Program-made: the position numbers and the translations under genes | Source: Candidatus Nomurabacteria bacterium | GTDB taxonomy: Bacteria; Patescibacteriota; Saccharimonadia; Saccharimonadales; VXPC01 | Assembly (NCBI GenBank): GCA_020631905.1 | Contig: JACKGQ010000001.1 | Coordinates: forward strand, 549,854 to 613,853 | Length of the DNA: 64,000 nt | Direction: 5' to 3' | Notes under the pieces: model-generated | What the model was told of the DNA's origin: nothing | Seen by the model: the letters and a program-made list of their open reading frames with translations, nothing else | Databases searched by the model: none | Shown: piece by piece, positions 11,562 through 20,640 of the stretch | Layout of the letters: every line of letters starts with the position of its first letter | How positions within the stretch are numbered: position 1 is the first letter of the stretch

Positions 11562-12269
11562 CTAGCGGTTCAGGTATTTTTTGCGTAAGCTTTGGTCTAG
11601 TCTTTCGATGGCGTAACGTAAAGCTGTACGTGGCATATCATGAGCATGGTTGTCCAAAAATGCAGTTAGGGTTGCTTGGCCATCGCGCTTGCCAACTTCT
11701 CGGAGCGTCCACCCGACGGCTTTATGAATGAGGTCGTGCTTGTCGTGCAAAAGAATCTCGGCTATCCGTAGACTATGGGCGACGTTACCCTGCCGAATAA
11801 ATGCAAAAGTCGAGATAATCGCTGTGCGTCGTTCCCAAATATTTGGCGACTCGGCTAAATTGTAAAGAATCTCGACTGGTTTATCTAGCAAGTATGCGCC
11901 GACTATATGTGGGCAAGTAACATCTACAAAATCCCAGTTATTAATTTGGCCATGCTTGAGCGCTTGTAAGTATAATTCAAAGAGTTTTGTTTGGGTTGGC
12001 TGGTCGGCTTTTTTGAACACATCGACCATGATAATTAATGCTGCCATTCGGTGCTCGTGGATTGGGCTGGCCAGAAGCTTGGCAATTTCTTGATACTCTA
12101 GTTTGCGATATATTCGACACGCTAGACGGATTTGGGGCATGGTTACGCCAATAAACTGGTCGCCTTCACCGTATCCGCCTGGGTCTGCTTTAAAAAATCG
12201 ATGCGCTCCAGCTGCCCGTTTGGCATCTCCGAGCGTTTCTAGTTCTTGTATCACTCTATCGGCTAGCAT
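11562..12269 (-). CDS. DNA alkylation repair protein (AlkD/AlkC-like HEAT-repeat glycosylase family)
   Basis: 235 aa. N-terminus ...LGDAKRAAGAHRFFKADPGGYGEGDQFIGVTMPQIR and C-terminal ...HKAVGWTLREVGKRD are typical of the DNA_alkylation family. Confidence 0.8.
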   Translation of the reverse strand: MLADRVIQELETLGDAKRAAGAHRFFKADPGGYGEGDQFIGVTMPQIRLACRIYRKLEYQEIAKLLASPIHEHRMAALIIMVDVFKKADQPTQTKLFELYLQALKHGQINNWDFVDVTCPHIVGAYLLDKPVEILYNLAESPNIWERRTAIISTFAFIRQGNVAHSLRIAEILLHDKHDLIHKAVGWTLREVGKRDGQATLTAFLDNHAHDMPRTALRYAIERLDQSLRKKYLNR

Positions 12270-12391
12270 ACCAACATTATAGCTCTAGGTATTTATTCAT
12301 CAATCCATCATATTTTTCTAGACTCGGTTACCGATGCACCTAAGCATTTATATTAGACATATGTAGCTTAAATATGGTATAGTATATTCTA

Positions 12392-13495
12392 ATGAGTAGC
12401 CCTAAAAAACCTGTCGCAGAAACAGATCGTCGTTTCGATGGATTAGATTTAGCTATGGAGGCTGCGCGCTCGGTTGTCGAAGACTGGCCAACGCAAGCAC
12501 CAGTGATAGATGGTCTTGTGGGTCAAACACTTGTTCCGGAGTACACAGATATAATTAAAATTCACGAACGTGGCCAAGATGTAGAGTGGCGTGTCTCTAA
12601 AGGTTGTTTTGTCGATGGTGATGGCCATCATCTGCACATAGCCACGAGACTACCAGATCCTAAAATGAAACGTGCCGACGACCTGGCTTACATAGTCACT
12701 GGTGTAAATCTCATCATTGGCAAGAATGTAAAACATATAACTGCTAGCATCGAAAGTGGTTTTGTTATAAATAACGACGACGAGCTAACTGCCAAACTCC
12801 CTACCAACCCACTCGGCTTTACTGCACTTTTTAGAAAAATTTATGAAGAATCAAAACGGACCGGCGAAGAACAACTTGCCAACCAGAAAGCAGACAAGAA
12901 ACGAGCACGAGAAAAGCGAGGCAAAAACTTCCGCAGGGTAATAGCAATTTTAGGGTTTAGCGCAGTCGGTGTGTTTGGCGTGCCGCCTGCAGTCGATAAA
13001 ATCACCGAATATCTGAAAGATAAAGCCGAAAAAGAACAACAAGCCCAGTTGCAAGACGAGCAGGCACGAGCCCAAGCCGAGCTGCAAGCTGAGCAAGAAC
13101 GACAATCTGCAGTAGATGCTTTCGATGCCGAGTTCCCAGCAATCGAACACGGAGCGGTTGTCGAGACTGACATTATGGTGATGGTTCCAGCTACGCGAGA
13201 ATTTACAACTATAAGCGAGATTCCAGGGCTAGATGTAAGCTCATCGCCACAAGATATTGCCAAGGTGCGCTCTTTGCCTGCCCCCGATGTTGGTGGATCG
13301 GTTAGCTACAGCATACCAGTGCCCGAGGGAGCGTCGTTTACGATAGCTCACACTGGTGATGCTAATTTATTGGTCACCGCATACATAGACAGCGCAACTC
13401 AAATGCTAATAGTTACATCAATCGAGATTGATCAATCGGATGAGGTCGTAAGCGTAGCCAATGTTGGAGAAATAGTCATCATTCTCAACAAATAA
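12392..13495 (+). CDS. Hypothetical single-pass membrane protein with Q/E-rich coiled coil
   Basis: 367 aa. Central TM segment (VIAILGFSAVGVFGVPPAV) followed by EKEQQAQLQDEQARAQAELQAEQERQ. TATAGT box (12378-12383) lies 8 nt upstream of the ATG, suggesting a leaderless mRNA. Confidence 0.5.
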   Translation: MSSPKKPVAETDRRFDGLDLAMEAARSVVEDWPTQAPVIDGLVGQTLVPEYTDIIKIHERGQDVEWRVSKGCFVDGDGHHLHIATRLPDPKMKRADDLAYIVTGVNLIIGKNVKHITASIESGFVINNDDELTAKLPTNPLGFTALFRKIYEESKRTGEEQLANQKADKKRAREKRGKNFRRVIAILGFSAVGVFGVPPAVDKITEYLKDKAEKEQQAQLQDEQARAQAELQAEQERQSAVDAFDAEFPAIEHGAVVETDIMVMVPATREFTTISEIPGLDVSSSPQDIAKVRSLPAPDVGGSVSYSIPVPEGASFTIAHTGDANLLVTAYIDSATQMLIVTSIEIDQSDEVVSVANVGEIVIILNK

Positions 13496-13590
13496 CCGTA
13501 AAACATCTCTCATGTCAGGCATTGTTAAAAGCGTTTGTTAACAAAAAAATATCTTTGTCTATAGCTAACCGCAATAAACTCACGGAAATA

Positions 13591-14127
13591 CTACTGGCCA
13601 ACTGCAAACTTGCATGCATCTAGCAATAAAAACATATCAGACACAAACAGACTATCTGGCAAGAGTAGGCCCCCTAAGTCTTGATCTTCTTCGGGGTCTT
13701 CGCTTAAGTATAGCCAATCGATGATTTCTAGCTCGACTTCGCCGATTGCGTTGATAGTTAGCTCGCCGATGCCACGCGACACATCGACTTTCCGATCATC
13801 CACGTCTATGCGATAAGATGTCATATGGCCGGCAGTACGCATCAGAATTAGACTTTCATCATCCGACTCGCTGGTAGGCATTCTATCGTCTGGCTCGAAG
13901 ATTACCAGCTCGATTGTGCTATAAACTGCACCACTCGAGCGGACTACGCTTCGCCCGAGTTTGATGTACCGGAATTTGTTGTCGCAGATTTCCAAGACAT
14001 CCCTGATCCGCTCTGTAGTTGCTATCGGACCAAACTTATCTTCTGTTAAAGCAATTGCTCGATCAATAAAATCAGACATTTCTGCCTCGGTTACTTCTCG
14101 GTCAATTGTATGGGGTAAATCAGACAC
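13591..14127 (-). CDS. Hypothetical acidic protein (orphan)
   Basis: 178-aa ORF. No motif recognised. Confidence 0.4.
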   Translation of the reverse strand: MSDLPHTIDREVTEAEMSDFIDRAIALTEDKFGPIATTERIRDVLEICDNKFRYIKLGRSVVRSSGAVYSTIELVIFEPDDRMPTSESDDESLILMRTAGHMTSYRIDVDDRKVDVSRGIGELTINAIGEVELEIIDWLYLSEDPEEDQDLGGLLLPDSLFVSDMFLLLDACKFAVGQ

Positions 14128-14259
14128 CAGATTAGTTCTTTACCAAAGTATGGTTTTTCATGGTTATTCAGATTTTATCATATAATTAATATTATAATTT
14201 TGACAAAACCTACATTTAAAATTATTTTATGTTCAGAATAACTCTAAGACAGGATTATT

Positions 14260-14616
14260 ATGGAAAAACGTAATGTTAGCAGATATTTATTGTCGATGAT
14301 TCCATTTTTATTTATGGTAGCGGCATGCGGTGACGATGAACGAAGTGTTGATACTGCGGAACAAATAACCCAAAACGATGGTGAAACGCCACAAGTAAAG
14401 GCTACTTACTATCCTAACGGAATTCGAGTTTTAAGTTTTTTTAATGACCAGGAAAACTACGCAGATATTATTGAATTTTGCGACGGTAATGATTTAGTCG
14501 AGCAAACTGCGCTTTCGACATATGGTAGTGGTGCCGCAGGCAATGCAATCGCCAGAACCATTGATCACCCTGCCTGCCTTGACGGCATGCTTACACCAAG
14601 CGACTTTGAAGTTTAG
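14260..14616 (+). CDS. Putative lipoprotein
   Basis: 118 aa. Signal peptide ending in the lipobox-like FMVAAC-G. Confidence 0.6.
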   Translation: MEKRNVSRYLLSMIPFLFMVAACGDDERSVDTAEQITQNDGETPQVKATYYPNGIRVLSFFNDQENYADIIEFCDGNDLVEQTALSTYGSGAAGNAIARTIDHPACLDGMLTPSDFEV

Positions 14617-14712
14617 TAGATATAACTCTACATCTCAAACAAAATTTTTATATTTTGAATCATAGCTGTATGCTTCTATTACGCACGCCCCCTGAGAGTT
14701 AGGAGAACAAGC

Positions 14713-14901
14713 GTGATCGCACTTAACCACAACTATTCCTTGACGGTCTTGGTCGGCAATTTAGTTCTATTGAGCATTGTCTTGGCTATGCTGGTTAGGC
14801 AGTTCAATCCAAGCAGCAGCACCCACAAACCGTATCCAGCAGGTAGCCGGGTTCGGGCAGTGTTGGCGCTGGTTGTCTTGTTGCTTCTGATCATTACATG
14901 A
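14713..14901 (+). CDS. Small hydrophobic (two-TM) protein
   Basis: 62 aa. GTG start 7 nt after an AGGAG SD, two hydrophobic segments, and a hairpin plus U-rich tract downstream (14938-14997). Confidence 0.35.
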   Translation: MIALNHNYSLTVLVGNLVLLSIVLAMLVRQFNPSSSTHKPYPAGSRVRAVLALVVLLLLIIT

Positions 14902-14937
14902 TCATCATTCTGGCAGAAATTGTTGTGGTCCTCTGGT

Positions 14938-14997
14938 CCTCGACCTGGTAGTAGCCGCCCGCAAGGCAGAGCTCTCGAATGGTCGAGGGCTTTGTCT
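14938..14997 (+). terminator. Possible intrinsic terminator after the small membrane ORF
   Basis: 8-bp stem CCTCGACC (14938-14945) / GGTCGAGG (14981-14988) with a large structured loop, followed by GCTTTGTCT. Confidence 0.35.
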
Positions 14998-15017
14998 ATA
15001 AAGAGACTATCCATGCA

Positions 15018-15046
15018 TTGACTATATATTGTGTTTATGGTAATAT
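15018..15046 (+). promoter_or_regulatory. Strong sigma70-type promoter for the ABC-F leader
   Basis: TTGACT (15018-15023), 17-nt spacer, TAATAT (15041-15046). Confidence 0.6.
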
Positions 15047-15081
15047 CTTAATTAATCATATAAAAAGGAGTTATTACACCG

Positions 15082-15105
15082 ATGATTTACCAGATCAACA
15101 GCTAA
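15082..15105 (+). CDS. Candidate regulatory leader peptide (MIYQINS)
   Basis: ATG 15082 is preceded by AAAGGAG (15064-15070). Seven codons then TAA, positioned between the promoter and the terminator hairpin upstream of an ABC-F gene. Confidence 0.45.
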   Translation: MIYQINS

Positions 15106-15162
15106 TTCACACCAACAGTGTAGCTTTGCTATTGATCTATATCATCTAACCCCTTTTTCTTT

Positions 15163-15211
15163 AACCGAGCACGGTGTGAGTCGCTGACAAACATACAAGT
15201 GCTCGGTTTTT
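15163..15211 (+). terminator. Intrinsic terminator / attenuator in the ABC-F leader
   Basis: Perfect 10-bp stem AACCGAGCAC (15163-15172) / GTGCTCGGTT (15199-15208) followed by a T-run to 15211. The alternative pairing TCACACC (15107-15113) with GGTGTGA (15173-15179) could act as an antiterminator. Confidence 0.65.
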
Positions 15212-15225
15212 GCGTTGGAGGCAGT

Positions 15226-16686
15226 ATGCTCGAACTTGCACATATCTATAAAACACTCGGAGACAAACTAATTCTTCAAGATATTAACCTCGGTATCGAC
15301 CATGAGGTTGTTGCTCTAATTGGCAAAAATGGCGCCGGTAAATCTACATTATTGCAGATTATACTTGGCCAGATTGAGGCCGACGAAGGCACCGTAAAGT
15401 ATCGTGGTGCAGTCGGCTATGTCCCCCAGCATCCACAGCTTGCCAATACTGTAGGAGGCTGTTTTGGCTCGGTCGAGTCTTGGCAAGCCGATATTGCTAT
15501 GGCAGAAGTTGGCCTAGAAAAGTCGTTAACTTTCCCCACGTCTAAGCTAAGCGGTGGTCAAAAAACCAAGCTTGCGCTAGCTATGGTTTTGGCCCAAGCA
15601 CCACGACCAAGTATTTTGTTGTTAGACGAACCAACCAACAATCTAGATGCAACCGCTTTACGATGGCTAGAAGACTATATAAAACATTTCAAAGGCCTGG
15701 TAATACTAGTGAGTCACGACCGGTCGTTTATCAACCGCACATGCACCAAAGTATTACTACTTGAGGCAACAAAGCTAACTATATATAAGGGCAATTACGA
15801 TGATTACAAATCTCAAAAAGAGCTAGAGCTACAACATCAATTGCTCGAGTATCAATCAAACCTCGACGAAAAGAAAAGGCTCAATAGCTTACTCCAAGCC
15901 AAAAGTCAGCAGATGCAAGCAACCAGTAATCAGTGCTATAACAAGCTCATGGGCATACCCAAAATAAGTTTTAATACCAACAAGAATGCTTCGCAAACTA
16001 ACACAGGCCGGCAAATCAAAGCCATAAATTCACGTATCGAGCAGCTTGCAAGTCTAGAAAAACCAGACATAGCCAAAGATTATCTGCTCGAACTAAATGG
16101 CGCCGTGCGCGGTGGTAAGTTGGTGGTTAAGCTCGACAATATTAACGTAGATTTCCTACCCAAAGTTAACAACTTTTGTCTCGAGATTCGTGGTCAGCAG
16201 CGAGTTGTAGTAGTTGGTCCAAATGGTTGTGGCAAGACAACTCTGCTGCGAATAGCCCATCGAAGCATCACTCCTAGCAGTGGTGTGGTTGTTGTCGGCG
16301 CAGGCATATCGATTGGTTATATCTCACAAGAAGTTAGCGGACTCGATTTTAGCTTATCGTCGTTCGAAAACTTGCTTCAGTCAAACTCAGACAGAACGGT
16401 TATCCATCGCCAGGCGCGTGCACTCGGTCTAGAAGCAGCTGCTCTTGGTCTAAAACCAAACGAGTTATCGCGTGGCCAGCAGAGTAAGCTTAGTTTTGCC
16501 AAACTGCTACTCGGCAACCACGATCTACTAATTCTAGACGAGCCAACTAACCACTTAGACATCGCTACTCGGGATAGCATCGAACATGCACTCGAGCTAT
16601 ATCGTGGGGCTATGCTAGTCGCCTCTCACGACGAATACTTCTTAGAGTCTATTGGTATTACTCAGACAATCAGCTTGATGTCTTAA
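15226..16686 (+). CDS. ABC-F family ATPase (ARE-like ribosome-protection type, two ABC domains with linker)
   Basis: Two Walker A sites (GKNGAGKST, GPNGCGKTT), two signatures (LSGGQ, LSRGQ), about 80-aa Q/K-rich interdomain linker, and no TM domain. Start moved to ATG 15226 (GGAGG SD 4 nt upstream), because the track start 15199 lies inside the terminator stem. Confidence 0.85.
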   Translation: MLELAHIYKTLGDKLILQDINLGIDHEVVALIGKNGAGKSTLLQIILGQIEADEGTVKYRGAVGYVPQHPQLANTVGGCFGSVESWQADIAMAEVGLEKSLTFPTSKLSGGQKTKLALAMVLAQAPRPSILLLDEPTNNLDATALRWLEDYIKHFKGLVILVSHDRSFINRTCTKVLLLEATKLTIYKGNYDDYKSQKELELQHQLLEYQSNLDEKKRLNSLLQAKSQQMQATSNQCYNKLMGIPKISFNTNKNASQTNTGRQIKAINSRIEQLASLEKPDIAKDYLLELNGAVRGGKLVVKLDNINVDFLPKVNNFCLEIRGQQRVVVVGPNGCGKTTLLRIAHRSITPSSGVVVVGAGISIGYISQEVSGLDFSLSSFENLLQSNSDRTVIHRQARALGLEAAALGLKPNELSRGQQSKLSFAKLLLGNHDLLILDEPTNHLDIATRDSIEHALELYRGAMLVASHDEYFLESIGITQTISLMS

Positions 16687-17011
16687 GCTAAATTACCGGT
16701 GTGTCTGCCGTCGCACCGTTTGTAGATTCAAAATCGTATTTCTGACTTATTCTAACAACAAAGTTGGTTAATTCTTGTTTTAGTGTAGGCTCCGAAATAG
16801 GTGGTCTAAGCGATTCTGATACCGCTTTTGCAAGATGATAAGCTAGACGTAGTTGACTGCCTGGGGTGCGTCTTTGGTGAGTATCTCCACGAAATTCTAG
16901 GTCAATCATAGTTTAATCATACCATAAACTACTATAACAGTAGTTAGCATCTGAAAATATACACAAACCAGAGCTAGCAAAACAAGCAAAGTTAGTATAT
17001 AATAAGTATAT

Positions 17012-18538
17012 ATGGATATTTATACTTCCCCATCTGTCAAACGTGACAGATTTGTCGATCCGCGTGCACTCGAGGCTATTGTAGACCCCGAAGTCGTGGC
17101 TCAATTTGGCAACGAAGCCTTAAAGGCATTTTTAAGCCAAAGTGCTGTTCATGGGCGGACTGTCGTAGACCTCGAGCATAATATCTTTACAGGAGTTACA
17201 CCAGTAGACGAGTTTGGCGGCGAATATCCCGACCTAACCATTAAGGGTGCTTGTTCTTCTTCGCCTCTTATTAGTGTTTCGCGCAACGAACCAAACGGCG
17301 TAAGAGTGCACGGCATGCTAGATGCTAGTGTATTCCCGCGTGTAATCAAAGTTAGCAAAGCTTTGCGTGGATCTGGAGTTCTGACTGAGTGGCCAATTTT
17401 GGCTGCCCGTCCAAAGCGGATTAAACACGAGCTGTACCATAAAGATATGGGCCTGCAAGCATTCAGGGAGTGCATACATGATTACTTAGCTTGTTGTGCT
17501 CGGGTGAATGGAGCAATCGCATCAGAGTTACCAATGCCCGTTGGTGTAGTTGGTGATATTGGCCAAAAGCTAACCGAAATGCAGTTTGGTGTTATGTACC
17601 GTGGGATGATTACAAATCGACGCCTTTCAGAACTCCAGCTGTTTAGGTACGAGCGTGGCGAACTAGATGTATTGGTAGAAGACATCTTAAAACAACTCGA
17701 CAAGCGTGCCGAAAACGACCCAGAGCTTGCAGAAGTTATGTCTAGGGCAAAAGGACACTACGGTACCGAGAATTATTTACTTAGTACTCTGCCAAAAATA
17801 CTTGGACTTAATCTTGGCAGGCTGAGGCGACTAGGTGGTGCGCATAAGTATCTCAATAAAGGCAACCTAACCTTAGCTGGCGAAATCGTCGATTTAGACT
17901 CGTTGCTACTGCCAAGCGTCTTCCCAGAAGACAGCGACGATGTAAAGCCGGAACTATTTTCCAACGATTTCAGAATGCTTTTGAACGGACTAACTGAATC
18001 TATCTTTATGTTTCTAAACGGGCCAAATAATTACAAAGATGCTCCCGTATATGTCCGTGCAGCAATCGAAGCTGCATGTCGTTATTTTACGTCAGCCTAT
18101 ATCGATGCAATTGCCGGCGTTGATCTTAACCCAGTAGAGACTGCGATATTTAAGTACTATCTAACACATTTCTCCACTCATGAAATAGATGATCTTTCTG
18201 TAGTACGCAAAAGAAAGCCCTTAGCGTTAAACTCAGAGCAGATCCCGGTAGTTATTGAATATGCAAGAAGAGCTTTCGAAATATGTGAAACTGGTAGCTA
18301 TAGCAGCGAAGAAGAATACTACGAACAAATCGGGCACGTGATTAGAAAAGTCTATAAATTTTCTTGTCTATTAGTTAACGTATTTTTTGAACAAAATGGG
18401 TACGATCCGGCCAGGTCAAAACAAGTCGCTGAACACATTGCTGAGCACGATGCCGAATATTGCATAAGCTTGCATTTTGCAGATAACATACCGACTTGGG
18501 CAGGCGATAATTCTAAAGCCGATATAGTTGGGCCCTAG
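17012..18538 (+). CDS. Hypothetical protein, distant kinase-fold-like
   Basis: 508 aa. GGAHKYLNKGNLTLAGEIVDLDS resembles the HxDxxxxN...DxD catalytic/metal loops of APH/protein-kinase-like folds, but with Tyr in place of the catalytic Asp. TATAAT (16998-17003) lies 8 nt upstream of the ATG (leaderless). Confidence 0.4.
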   Translation: MDIYTSPSVKRDRFVDPRALEAIVDPEVVAQFGNEALKAFLSQSAVHGRTVVDLEHNIFTGVTPVDEFGGEYPDLTIKGACSSSPLISVSRNEPNGVRVHGMLDASVFPRVIKVSKALRGSGVLTEWPILAARPKRIKHELYHKDMGLQAFRECIHDYLACCARVNGAIASELPMPVGVVGDIGQKLTEMQFGVMYRGMITNRRLSELQLFRYERGELDVLVEDILKQLDKRAENDPELAEVMSRAKGHYGTENYLLSTLPKILGLNLGRLRRLGGAHKYLNKGNLTLAGEIVDLDSLLLPSVFPEDSDDVKPELFSNDFRMLLNGLTESIFMFLNGPNNYKDAPVYVRAAIEAACRYFTSAYIDAIAGVDLNPVETAIFKYYLTHFSTHEIDDLSVVRKRKPLALNSEQIPVVIEYARRAFEICETGSYSSEEEYYEQIGHVIRKVYKFSCLLVNVFFEQNGYDPARSKQVAEHIAEHDAEYCISLHFADNIPTWAGDNSKADIVGP

Positions 18539-20582
18539 ACCCATCCATAAATACTTTGTATCTTGATTGTTTGTCTATTTGCCCGTAGTTATTGCCTTCC
18601 GGGTCGGTTATCACGAGCTTTATACCTAGAACTCCAAATAGAGTTTCTAGGTGGCCATAACCCGAAGCAAATAGGTCATTCTCAACTTTATGAGGAGGGC
18701 GCTCGATATGAACAACAAGCAACTCCCTCTGGCTCGAGTCTAAGCGGCCAATATTACCTAGCAAGTACTCATCGGCACCATGTTGTCCAAAAGAATCTCT
18801 AAATGATACCATCGCAGCTTCGCCAGTTTTTTCTATTTGTTGGACTGCTTCAAATAAGTATAGGTTGTCAAATACCCTTACGTTTAGCCCATTCGCAAAA
18901 CCCGAGGCTCGACCAATAAAGCTTGGTTTTTGGTCTGCTTCTGGGAATCCGTCGAAGCCGCGTTGTTCTAACCAATTAGTTGGCAGAGCCCTGGCTTGGA
19001 CTATGGCGATTACGTCACGGTCTTCTAGATAGTCTTCGACGGTTTCAATTTGGACTGGGCAACCCATAATCTTTTCACAAAGCACTGCCACTTGTGCTGC
19101 TTGGTGAGAGGCCAAAACAGGTATCTTGCGTATGTCTGGTGGGATATGAAAGCGCAAAGCAGCAGGATCGTGCGAATATTGGCTTGACCCAAACTCCGAC
19201 ACCATACCTTTTCGATTGAGGTCGATTAACGTAGTCTTCGTAACCCGAATGTTTTGAGCATCTGAAGAGTCGATTTCGTCTATCCTCGCCTGCGCGAGTG
19301 CTGGGTTGTGTAGTTTAACTGTGTCGATTGTCATGCGTTTTGTATAATCGGGAGGCATAACAAGATGCTGGAGTACTAAGCCCATGCGTTCTTGGGCCTG
19401 GTTAGTTTCGGTTAAAAAGGCGCTTGCACGATCAGATATTGCCGAGCTATAAACCAACTCTATCGCAGCAATGATTGCATCTCGGTTAGTGCTGCCGAGG
19501 ATTGTGCTTTCAAAGATCCCAGGCGCCATATGCTCACCGTCTTCGGTGTTTATTCCGCTGCTCCGCAAGATATAACCATCTCCACTCGGGTTATTTGCAA
19601 TCCAGTTCTCGATAGCTTCAACCAGTTCTGCAGGAACAACTCCAGTCTGTAGCCATGTATCATAGTGCTCGGCGCCAAAACCAGTAAAAATTGGCACAAA
19701 ACACTCAGCTACGTCGAGCTCGGGTAGATGTTGGTGGAAATAATCAAGCCCATCACGCAGAATCAACAAGTTGGCGTATTTTCTACCTGCAAACCTGGCG
19801 GCTGTTTCGTATTGTTCTGATCTAGACTGGCGAAGCTCCGACCATTCACTTAAGGTCCGAGATTTTCTTTTATAATCTGCAATGGTTCGATCAAATTCGG
19901 CTTCTTCAACAAACTTTACGTTAATAAACGAGCGCCTGAGTTCTCTTGGGCTGGATTGCCTGAGCTGACTAACTCGGAGTAAGCATGCCTCAGCCTGCTC
20001 AATTATCGAGTCATCTAGGTATTCACCTTGCCCAAGTGCTTTTAAAACCCCTTCAACATAATAGTCGAGGTCATCTGCCTCCAGGCTTGCAGCAACATAA
20101 TCTGGTAACTGGGCTAACTCGATTTCCCATAGTGCGTAGTCAATATAGCTGAATCCCCCACGCTCGTGAGTGATCCTTTGTTCGTAAGCGTGTGTTGTTC
20201 TCCAAATGGCACCCATAAATCTATCAAGATTATTCAACAAGCCATTGGCGTGCCTATCGTGCATGTCCGGAAAATCGATACAACCACGAAGGCTTTCAAG
20301 TAGTTGTTTGGCGTCAACCTCATATTCTCCGCCATCTACCAGAGCAAATTTGCTAGCCAGTTCTTGAGCAAGTTGTCTGGCTGCTGTATATAGTTCGTCG
20401 CCAGATAATCTGTTCAAGTTTTCAAAACTTTGGCTCAAAGTTTCGGCGTTTATGTCCATAGCCTCAACTGGCATTTTTGGGTACCCATGGCTGTATCCAT
20501 AAGCCTGTCTGGGGTCGTCCGCAGATAGACGAGCCTGAGACTCGCTTAACGACCTAGATAAACCACTACGTATATGTGACAT
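18513..20582 (-). CDS. PEP-utilizing/PPDK-type dikinase-like protein (ATP-grasp PPDK_N-like region + swivel-His-like C-terminus)
   Basis: 689 aa. YILRSSGINTEDGEHMAPGIFESTIL matches the RSSxxxED...G...S motif of the PPDK_N ATP-grasp domain. C-terminal ASGYGHLETLFGVLGIKLVI resembles the phosphohistidine mobile domain (G-x-x-H...LGIP). Confidence 0.5.
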   Translation of the reverse strand: MSHIRSGLSRSLSESQARLSADDPRQAYGYSHGYPKMPVEAMDINAETLSQSFENLNRLSGDELYTAARQLAQELASKFALVDGGEYEVDAKQLLESLRGCIDFPDMHDRHANGLLNNLDRFMGAIWRTTHAYEQRITHERGGFSYIDYALWEIELAQLPDYVAASLEADDLDYYVEGVLKALGQGEYLDDSIIEQAEACLLRVSQLRQSSPRELRRSFINVKFVEEAEFDRTIADYKRKSRTLSEWSELRQSRSEQYETAARFAGRKYANLLILRDGLDYFHQHLPELDVAECFVPIFTGFGAEHYDTWLQTGVVPAELVEAIENWIANNPSGDGYILRSSGINTEDGEHMAPGIFESTILGSTNRDAIIAAIELVYSSAISDRASAFLTETNQAQERMGLVLQHLVMPPDYTKRMTIDTVKLHNPALAQARIDEIDSSDAQNIRVTKTTLIDLNRKGMVSEFGSSQYSHDPAALRFHIPPDIRKIPVLASHQAAQVAVLCEKIMGCPVQIETVEDYLEDRDVIAIVQARALPTNWLEQRGFDGFPEADQKPSFIGRASGFANGLNVRVFDNLYLFEAVQQIEKTGEAAMVSFRDSFGQHGADEYLLGNIGRLDSSQRELLVVHIERPPHKVENDLFASGYGHLETLFGVLGIKLVITDPEGNNYGQIDKQSRYKVFMDGSRAQLYRL

Positions 20583-20640
20583 TTAGAATATATTACAATA
20601 AACGAGCATAAAAGGCAAAAGACCGGGTTGTTGGGTTCTG

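Noticed and set aside
14733-15014. 93-aa minus-strand ORF overlapping the small hydrophobic plus-strand ORF
   Set aside because: The plus-strand ORF has an SD, hydrophobic helices and a downstream hairpin. The minus-strand ORF has none of these.
16688-16909. 73-aa minus-strand ORF just after the ABC-F stop
   Set aside because: It has no SD or promoter that I could identify and no family motif. It could be a real small protein, but the support is insufficient to list it as a feature.
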